A stretch of 64,000 bases of DNA from Sphyrna mokarran (lineage: Eukaryota). The notes under the pieces are model-generated. The model did no database searches and was not told the origin of the DNA. It saw only the letters and a program-made list of their open reading frames with translations. Numbering within the stretch: position 1 is the stretch's first letter; each line of letters starts with the position of its first letter. Location: positions 103,788,001-103,852,000 of the forward strand of contig JAGIQG010000003.1 of the NCBI GenBank assembly GCA_024679065.1, written 5' to 3'. The translations under genes were made by a program, and so were the position numbers. Positions 54,865-64,000 of this stretch are shown piece after piece.

Positions 54865-55595
54865 AGCAGTGGGAAAAATTCTTGAATCCATTATTTAAAA
54901 ACTTTTATGGCAAAGCATTTAAAAAGCAGTGGCTGGATCAAATAGGGTCAGCATGGATTTATGAAGGGGAAATCATGCTTGACAAATCTGTTAGAATTCT
55001 TTGAAGATGTAACTAGCAGACTTGACAAGGGGGAGCCAGTCGATTGATATGTTTGGACTTTCAGAAAACATTTGACAAAGTCCCACGTTAGAGATTATCG
55101 TGCAAGATTAAAGTGCATGAGATTGGGGGAAGTGTATTGAGATGGATAAAAAACTAGTTGACAGATACAAAACAAAGAGTAGGAATCAATGGGTCCTTTT
55201 CAGATTGGCAGGCATATCCACAGGGCTCGAGACTTATAAAACTCTGAAGGACTAGACAGAGATGGACACAGGGAGGATGTTCTCAGTGGTGAGTGTATCC
55301 AGAACAAAGGGTCACAGTCTGAGGATTCGGGATAGAACATTTAGGATGGAAATGAAGAGATATTTCTTCACCCAAAGAGTGATGAGCCTGTGGAATTCAT
55401 TACCACAGGAAATAGTTGATGCCAAAATATTGAATGTACTCAAGAGGCAGCAAGGGAAAGCACTTGAGGCAAATGAGATCAAAGGTTATGGGAAGAAAGC
55501 AGAATTAGGCTGTTGAATTGGACGATCAGCCATGATCGTGATGAATGGCACAGCAGGCTCAAAAGGCCTCCTCCTGCTGCTGTCTTCTGTGTTGA
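54865..55595 (+). mobile_element. CR1 LINE fragment with a large internal deletion (RT start fused to the 3' end)
   Basis: QHGFMKGKSCLTNLLEFFEDVT and DFQKTFDKVPH followed directly by RMFSVVSVSRTKGHSLRI..FFTQRV. Confidence 0.9.
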
Positions 55596-55929
55596 AATTA
55601 GAACTGCAAGTACATGCAAGTTAGCCCAAAAATGTAATGTTCTAGTAAATGCTGGCAAGAGTGCATTGGAACATTTAGAATTATTGCAAGAGTTAGAAAG
55701 TGCATCTGGATAGTCAGCGAAGAGTTATTTATTTAGTTGCGATAGACATCAGTTGTGATGGTGAATTGGAAGGAGTAGAGATTCTGCAATGATTCCCAAG
55801 TTACTTTAAATCAGCTTCAAGGGTCAGCATATTCAAGGAACATAATTCAAACACTGGAAAATTCAAATGATGGTCATTTAAGTGTCTTTAAATGCCAGTT
55901 TTTAGATTGCAACTTGAAAAATATCTTTT

Positions 55930-56130
55930 CTTGCAGTTCTAGCTTCAACATAGAAGATAACAGCAGGAGGAGGCCTTTTGATTCTTTGATTCTGCTGTGC
56001 CATTCATCACGATCAAAGCTGATCATCCAATTTAACAGCCTAATTCTGCTTTCTTGCCATAACCTTTGATCCATTCGCCTCAGTGCTATATCTAGCCGCC
56101 TCTTGAACACATTCAATGTTTTGGCATCAA
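55930..56130 (-). mobile_element. CR1 3' end, inverted near-copy of 55416-55610
   Basis: Reverse-complement match that includes the 3' flank GTTGAAATTAGAACTGCAAG. Confidence 0.85.
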
Positions 56131-56555
56131 TCTGTTTGAGGTTGTATTTTAAATGGCATTAATGTCCTCTTAGTGGATACCCTTGGAATATTCCTTCGCT
56201 AAATGCTTTGTGTTCCTCGAATCCATGAAATGGGAATAGTTGGTGGATCTGATGACATTTTTCAGAAGATTAAAAAAATCGAATAGAAATGGGAACTTCA
56301 GTTTCTTCATTTTGACCATTCTTCCTCTGCCCCGCCACACACCTTCCTCACCCTTCAAACCTAACAGTGATTGCCTGATCATGTAAGCACATTTAGAATC
56401 CAAGACACATTCTTTATAAATAAATCAATCTGAAAATGACAAATTGATTATGCTTCACTAGAAAAACTGGCAAAAAAAAGACTAGCAAAAGTTTCAAAGT
56501 CCACGCTGCTAAGTTTCCATCTTAGACATAATCCTGAGTCCATTCCACACATAAT

Positions 56556-56680
56556 GGCCCTGATTTTACTGATGTGCCCACCCCAAAATCAAGGCAGCCG
56601 AGGCTCGCAGAACTGCATCCTCTGTTAGTTTTGGGCGCGATCTTAGAGCATCAGACAGGCATGCCGGTAAAATTCCAGCC
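56556..56680. mobile_element. 125-bp MITE, possibly PIF/Harbinger-type
   Basis: Imperfect TIRs GGCCCTGATTTTAC and GTAAAATTCCAGCC, flanked by a 3-bp direct repeat AAT. Confidence 0.6.
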
Positions 56681-56699
56681 AATATGAATTATATGGGAG

Positions 56700-59330
56700 C
56701 ACAGAAGTAAAGATTCTGAAAGAGCTATCAATTCATCCTACTCTGCTCTTTACCTGTAGCCTTGAATGTCTTTCCTTATTAAATACATAATATCCAGTTC
56801 TTTTTCAAAAGTTACAATTGCATCTGCTTCCACCACCCAGCACATCTCCTTGCAAATTCGTTGCAAAAAAGAACAGACTGACTGAAAAAAAAAGTTTTAT
56901 CTCTCCATTGGCTTGTTTGTCAGTTGTCTTAAATCTGTCCTCTGGTTACTGATTCTCCTGCTGATTTCTCCCTACCTATTCTTTCAAAACCCTTCATAAT
57001 TTTGAACATCTCCATTAAATCTACATTTGGAGGGGAGGGGAATGCCGTTAGCTCCCAGCATTAGCCCGGAGAATTGGGTGTCGGGCAAAAACTGGTTTTG
57101 TGCGTGTTTGGCTAATTTAAGTATAATTAGCAGACTTGAACCCACTAATTCAAATACCTCCTGCTATTCATCTATCACTCCAGTGAGATCTGCAGCAGAC
57201 CAGCTTTCATACAGGTCCTCACTTGGTATGTTGAACTCCAAGGGTTGAGAAAACATCACCAATCCCTCAGTAATAAGAGGCATCCTCCCCTCCACCCCCC
57301 CCCCCCCCCCCACACACAATACACAGGCATGAGGTTTATCTGGCCCATGTCCGCCACACAGCCCCCCCTTTCCAATCAAACCCCCCACTCAGACTTTCTT
57401 CCCCCTTAGACTCCCACTCAGCCTCCCTTCAAGCCATGTGCCTTGGCAGTGCCCAGGGTGCATTGTCCCCCAGCACTCTGGCATTGCATCCTGGCCTGAC
57501 GCCTTGGGCATTGAGGGAGCTTGAGGAGGTGGGGCCAGTAGTCATTTGTCCCTCTGCTGCTTCCAAACTGTGGAGGAAGGGTCCCTCAAAGGTGCTGGGG
57601 ATTGGGTGGGCACAGACTGGGAGCAAGGGGTTGACGTCTCTACCGGGATTGGGAGTGTTGTGGCTGGATTGTCCCTGCTAGCCCAGGTAGACCTGAAGAT
57701 GACCCCTAGCATGATGATTTCAGAAGCCCTGTGATCAACATCTGCACTCCTGACTCCCAGTTGTGCAAATTCTGAAGTGATTAAGCAACTTTAACCTCGG
57801 CACCCATCCCCGCCCAACATCACTTGGCAGAATTTTAAATCATTACAACACTCCATCTTGCAGCAGAGATTTTTTTTCTCTCTGTTACAAGCAACAGGTG
57901 TGAACAGACTCCTTCAAAGTCGTCTGATGGCATGGAGATGTGAATTCTGTTGGGGGGGGGAGGGATGCGGCGGGGCGCAGGGAGATCCATTCTGCACAGT
58001 TTGCAATCTTCCTCAGTATATGCACACAGCCTTGATTTGAAGTTGCTGAGGTTTCCTGGCAAGCAGAAATCATTTAAACCCTCTCCATTGCACTTGAAGC
58101 TTTGATCTGTAACAAAATCAGCAGTGCAATGCCTCATAAAAGATTCAACTGCCTGCTCAATGGATTTCTATCATCCTCCACCCATCCGTGTTTATTTTCA
58201 TTTTCCCTTCACGGTTGATTGCATCTCACGTACCCCTTTGATTGTGACTGCAGTGTTGACAGTATCAGCCTGAATGACAGTTTGTGGTTTAACTTCCAAT
58301 TTGAAGTGGTTTGAAGATTAAAGTCATTATGCCAGGGGGGATTTTAAGGTCAGCCAGGGCTAGAAGGGGCAGTCCAGCCAGGACACCTCCATCCCAGAAG
58401 AGAGTGGCAATTTCAACTTCTTGTCCCCAGCCCACCCAACATTCAGGGCCTTTGAGAGACTTTGCAGCCTGGCAGCAGTAGAGGGTAAATGCCTACTGGA
58501 CCTTCTTCCTCGAACCCCCTCAGGCCATAAGGTGTCAGACTAGGGTGTAAGTGCCAGGGGACTGTGTGCTGTTGGCAGGGCCAAGATGCATGACCTGAAG
58601 AGAGGTTGAAATAGAAGGTCTGAAGGAGAAGGTGGCTGGGTGAGGGGGAGGGACTGTTGGTAGGGGGGTCTCAGAAAGGGGGAGATCTGGGACGGAAAGT
58701 GGGGGACTGGGAGGGAAAGGGAGGCTGAATGGGGGGCCTGGGAGGTAAGGAGGCTGAATGGGGAATTGGGTCAGAAATCAGAACATCTTCATGCCTGTGT
58801 GGTGGGGGGAGTGTGAAGGGAAGTTTATTTGTGGGTGGAGGGCAGGATGCCCCTCTTTGATGAGGTGTTTGTGGCATTCGTTGGTCATGGGAGGGGGGTG
58901 GGTGGAATGTCTCCAAGTTTGGAGATCAAGACACATTTCACAAAATGATGACCTGGTCTTGGAACAGCAGGTCTGGCCAGCTCAAAATAAGCTCATCTGC
59001 ATCTTTTAGGTGTGTGACTCCTATCTGATAAAACTGCCAATGGAGAACACTACTGTTTTCCTGCTGGTGTGGGCACTTGATCCTAATCTGGGAGAATCGC
59101 AGTGTTAATCTCTAAAGGAGATCAATTCCAACTTTTTCAGTCTCTTTGCATTACAAAATCACATCCCTGGCACCATTCTTGTCAATTCCTTCTACATTTT
59201 GTCCAAGGTCTTGACGTCTTTCCTGAAGTTTGTTACTCAGAATTGGATGCAACAGTCTAGCTAAGATTCAACCAATTATTTATAAAGGTTTAGTACCCCT
59301 GTTTATAAAGCTAGGAAAGCATGTAGCATA
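56700..59330 (-). mobile_element. CR1 fragment split by a GC-rich composite insertion of about 2.1 kb (57025-59104)
   Basis: CR1 sequence stops at CCCTTCATAATTTTGAACATCTCCATTAAATCT (about 57024) and resumes at TCTCTAAAGGAGATCAATTCCAAC (about 59109). Confidence 0.6.
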
Positions 59331-59509
59331 TTAAATATGCCATCACTTTTTCATTCTCTATCTCTCCTCTGTTTACTCCTTTCCCTTCCAAATATTGACT
59401 TCTTGCTGTGTGATTTCCACAGGCTTAAAAACATGGCCCAAGTGGTTATTTTTAGCATCTAAGCTTAAGCATCAAAGAACTATATAAATATTGAATGGAA
59501 AGAAGAGGC

Positions 59510-59768
59510 CAAATTCAATTCAGCCTTGGGTGATAACTGAGTAGAGTTTGTATATTCTCCCTGTGACTGTGTGGGTTTCCTCTGGGTGCTTCGGTTTCCT
59601 CCCAAAAATGTTCAGATTAGGCTAATTGGCCATGCTAAATTGCCCCTTAATGTCAGGGGGAGTTAGTAGCAGGGTAAATACATGGATTAGGGCCTGTGTG
59701 GGATTATTGTCAGTGCAGATTTGATGGGCCAAATGGCCTCTTCCTGCACTGTAGGAATTCTCTCTATG
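59510..59768 (+). mobile_element. 5'-truncated HE1-type V-SINE
   Basis: V-domain and GATGGGCCAAATGGCCT tail. Confidence 0.8.
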
Positions 59769-60449
59769 AGATCATAATTGAGCCTGATCTTATTCCAATG
59801 CAGCAGTTACATAACTGAACCCTTAATAGAGGGAAACATGCCTTCTGTTGCCCTTTCCCAATGCAACAGTTGCTGAGTCTAGTCATAACACCTCAACTGT
59901 TGTCCCAGCTGAAATTAGCAAACCCAAGAAAAGAATTCCTTGATCTGTATGTCCTCACTGCTTTGAAGCAGCTGAACAATCAGCCAACTTGCGACGTGCT
60001 GATGTGGAAAAACTATTGCCTTTTTCTTTTGTCCATTTCTTCTCATTGTCACTGGACAGCTTCACAGCAAAGCCTCCTTAACTAGGGTGTTCATGATTGT
60101 AATCAGGCCATTGGACAAGACACTGAGTACAGGTAAGTTGCCTAATTGACGAAAAAGACAGAAACTCTTGCATCTATTCCTTCCATGAGGCGAAGGAGTG
60201 GTATTGACAAAACTATGAAGGCACTCATAGTTTCTTCTATTTTCTTGGCTGCTGTTTCAAGGAGCAATTATGGAGGAAAGAAGAACTGACCTGAGTTTAT
60301 TCTATTCAAAAATGGGAAGAATACCAAGCCATTATAATCATAATTCTTGAATATATGACACTATACTTATCAGAAGATGATCACTGCTGATGCAACTGAA
60401 TATCTTGCCATGTTATATAACCTATTTAATGTGATTTAAATGGGAATCA

Positions 60450-60850
60450 TTATAGAACAGAAACCAACTCTTCTGCACAAACCTCCTTCCAATCTTTTTA
60501 TTTAATCTCCTCCTATTAACATGAGCTATTCTTTTCTCTCTCTTACACTTTAACTAGTTCCCCCTTAAAGACATAAATGTAACTTAGCTCAGTCGCTCCA
60601 TGTGATAGCTATTTCCATACTCTTGGCACTCCCTGAATAAAGTAGTTTCTTTTGAATTCCATACTGAATTTATTAGTGGCTACCCTCTTTTTCTAGCAAT
60701 TAGTTTTGGATTTACCTCAACAGTGGAAACATCTGCTCTCAACAAAGTAACATTAATATTTTAAAGGTCTCTTATCAGGTCCTGTTAGTGTTTTTTTTTA
60801 ATCTATTCAGTCTTTCCTGAATCTTGTACACTTCTAGTTTTGATCTAATT
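60450..60850 (-). mobile_element. Highly degraded CR1 3' end
   Basis: ATAGAACAGAAAC tail; TTCCATACTCTTGGCACTCCCTGAATAAAGTAG (minus strand resembles FIQGV..VW). Confidence 0.5.
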
Positions 60851-61887
60851 ATTGTTAAGAGTACCAACTGAATAAATGTTTTAAAAGGAAAAGTCTCGCT
60901 ACATACTAAGCTGGTCTATGACTGCCCTTGTTCACACATTGGATCCAACCTAATAGTTCTTAATTGAACCAATTTATTAATAAAATGAATTTGCATACAT
61001 GAAATTGAGCTTATTATAAAATATGTGTGCAAAAAATATAGAGAGAGTATAGCCTCAAGGAAGGAGGATTAAATATAAGCTGTTTCATTGTGCTGGACCA
61101 CACTGAATCTCTGTTTATGGGAAGTATGAAAACTGCTTTATAGATGCCAGTTTTTTCTGCTGGGTTCTCCACTGCGACGACAGTGGAAGATGAGCAGAAA
61201 CCACTAAGAAGCTTTGGAAATTGCTCTTCTGTTGCATGGGGCTGAAGTAGGCAGGTGGACTCTGACAAGGGGCACTATGTGTGCTTTCAGAAAAGAGAGC
61301 TAACTGCTAGCTGGGTGGAATTTCAACATAATAACAGTCCAATTTGTAAAGCTTCTTGTAGTATCTTCTATATGTTCCCATACAGCCCTCTTTGACTTTT
61401 GCTCTCTTGTTCTCCTGCCCTCTGCACCTGCTCTCTAAATTCCTGCTGTGTGATGCTATTATCAGTTCCAGTATAAAGATTCAGTGCTGCTTTTCTTTCC
61501 CACTATTCAGTTAGCAGAAGCTCTGTTGAATGCAATAGAGCTGTAACTTGTATAAGGCTCTGTCCCTAGTCCTATTTACGATGGGGATGCTCCACTTGCT
61601 AACAGCAATGTTGTGCTTTCTTCTATTGGAAAGAGACAAGAAGCATTACTGCAACTGTTGCACTGTCAGCCCTATAGCCCAAGCACTGGGGTAGATGTAC
61701 GGACACCAACTAAGTAGAATTATAGTGCTGATGACACTGAGTTTTGGGAAATTCAAGAATCTTGTACACACAGTGGGGATTTGTCTGCCAGTTGATGGCC
61801 TTTTCTTGAAACCTTTACTGAGAAAGTGCCCAAGTGGATTACACTGCTGTTTTATGTAAGAAAGAAATAGTATTGCTAACACTTTTG

Positions 61888-62006
61888 ATCAGAAATTTCC
61901 TGCTCCCACCCTCCAGCCATGGGAATCATAGCAGGTGGGAGGGCGGACCATGCAAGGGTCCTTGAATTTCCAATATTGGGGTGAGAAAGCCAGCAAATCC
62001 TGTCCC
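61888..62006. mobile_element. Short degraded MITE
   Basis: GC-rich 120 bp with ends GATCAGAAATTTCC and GCAAATCCTGTCCC and an internal palindrome CTCCCACC..GGTGGGAG. Confidence 0.45.
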
Positions 62007-62631
62007 TTGTGTCTAATGCTTTAAATTCTGTTGCTTTGTTATTTAATTTTATTCATTGTGAACATATTTTAAAAAAAAGTCAAAAGTTGACAAACATTCC
62101 TGTCACTTTGGAATAGTAGTTTGCTGTCTACAACTCCACCCTCTAAAAGTAACTAAAAAGGACAAACACAAATTCCTTTAATCAGAATAAGACCCAAATC
62201 TTAATTAATATCAAGTGGTTTAAAGGGTTAAATGCTATGGTTAAAAATAGGTAAAAAAAGATGCTATGCACTAATTTAGTGAGAATGGTGTAGAGTCCAT
62301 ACATTTCTATTTTTATTTTGCTTTTCTGAACTGAAGATGCACTGAAATCTTTTAACCAAACTGAAATCTGATATTTTATTTTCTGTGTAAAGACTTTCTC
62401 ATTCTTATGTTGCCAGTGAGATTTTTGCAGTTTCAAATATTGACCTTTTTGTTATGAAATGGCCTAACACGAACATATACATGAAATGGGTCATCTCTTC
62501 ATCCTCTCTATCCTCCCAATAGTCTCTGCACATATGAAATCAGTTGCAATAGATTGAAAAAAGTGCAAGTCAAGCTGTGTTTATCTTAAAAGAAACACTG
62601 AGAGTATGTTGTGTGATAGGAAAAAAAAATC

Positions 62632-62935
62632 ATCATAGAATTATAGAAACCAACGGTGCAGAAGGGGGCCATTCAGCCCATCAAGTCTGCACCAATTACA
62701 ATACCACCTCGGCCCTATCCCCATAACCCCATGCATTTACCCAACTTAGTCCCTCTGACACTAAGGGGCAATTTAGCATGGCCAATCCACCTAATACGTA
62801 CATCTTTGGACTGTGGAAGGAAACCCATGCAGACACTGGATATGCAAACTCCACTGAGACGTGACCCAAGCCGGGAATCAAACCCAAGTCCCTGGTGCTG
62901 TGAGGCAGCAATGCTAACCGCTGTGCTGCCTTGCC
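62632..62935 (-). mobile_element. HE1-type V-SINE, antisense
   Basis: Reverse complement of head, V-domain and tail (GGGGCAATTTAGCATGGCCAATCCACCTAA..TTTGGACTGTGG). Confidence 0.85.
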
Positions 62936-63940
62936 ACTCCAATTATACCCAGTTTTGAATTCCCAATTTCTTCATATTCACAATTTTGAATTGGAGTTGC
63001 AACAATTTGATGATTATGATCATCTGATTTCCATCAGTTCTATAAGGTTTGTACGTACAGGGTTGACTCCAAAATTATGGACAAATAATTGGGTTTGAAA
63101 ATGGTGAGGCCCAGACAAGCTTCATTTTCTTCTTCAAGTTGCTGCCTTGTGATTTTTTTTTTACTATTTTTTTTTCTGGTTCCCTTACATCGTTACTAAA
63201 AGAATGGAGGAACCTGCTTCCAACCCAGTGTCAATCCAAGCCCTGTAACTAGTCACTTGGAGATGAGTAAGAGTGAGAATGCAGGAGTGAGTAATAAATT
63301 TCCTATCAGCTTTGCCCACTCCCCAGGTGAAGAAATATCTGGTTTGTGCTCAGTGATGTGGAGGATAATCTTAGGCAGTAATACAAAAGGGGTCAGTTTT
63401 TTACCTGCCACCTATTACATACCATATCCTATGTCTATTTCTGTTGGTGTGAAATATCAGATGGATCATATAGTGAACTTCTCCCCCAGCATTTACCTAG
63501 AGACATTATTGTGCTCCTAGACCATTTAATAAATTAAATGATAAATATCGGAACTTAGCCACCATCAGTTTATGTCAGGGTTGATTAAGTAATCTGAGGT
63601 GCAGTGTGCAAACTGCCAAAATGAGATCCCCTGCATGACTATCTCTTAGCAATTGGCATCTGAAATCACTTCAGATCTCCCCAAAGGATTTAGTGTTGGA
63701 TGTGTTCACTATTGTTTACTCTCAGTTTCTTGTAGTTAGTTCCCATTGATCCTCTGCAAGACAGTTGCCCTCTAACAAGCTCCTGACTTCTCAACAGTGA
63801 CACTTCTTACCTTCCAATGGTCACCATAGAAGGGCTGATAAGGATATGAAAAAAATGATTGGAGTAATGTGGAATATCACACCTGTTAAGTTATTAATGT
63901 AATTGTTAGTAGTTACTGCTACACACAGACATGATTTATT

Positions 63941-64000
63941 GGGGAAAGTTTTAGTGTTTTACTGAAGTTTACTGGGGAATTAAGTTTTAGTGTTTTACTG
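63941..64000. repeat. Short tandem duplication AAGTTTTAGTGTTTTACTG, may continue past the window end
   Basis: 19-mer occurs twice, with a partial AAGTTTACTG between the copies. Confidence 0.75.

Noticed and set aside
53362-64000. C-type terminal exon with Arg/Glu/Ser-rich repeats
   Set aside because: No such ORF in any frame; presumably downstream of the window.

Overview
Eukaryotic genomic DNA, most likely from a shark or other elasmobranch, judged from HE1-type V-SINEs, DeuSINE fragments and abundant CR1 LINEs. The + strand carries the 3' two-thirds of MAGI1 (membrane-associated guanylate kinase inverted 1) as 16 phase-compatible GT-AG exons from 9191 to 53361. They encode WW2, a short polyQ and PDZ1-PDZ5, plus an A-type read-through C-terminus (stop 52055-52057) and the frame-shifting B-type cassette exon. 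PDZ0, GK and WW1 lie upstream of the window, and the C-type last exon was not found in it. The introns contain CR1/L2/Rex-type LINE fragments, at least four SINE families, MITE-like elements and palindromic Penelope-type elements with minimal hammerhead-ribozyme motifs, including a U3-A8 core variant. Exon coordinates were read base by base. Repeat boundaries are approximate (about 20-50 bp), and family names and orthology come from recalled consensus sequences, not from a database search.
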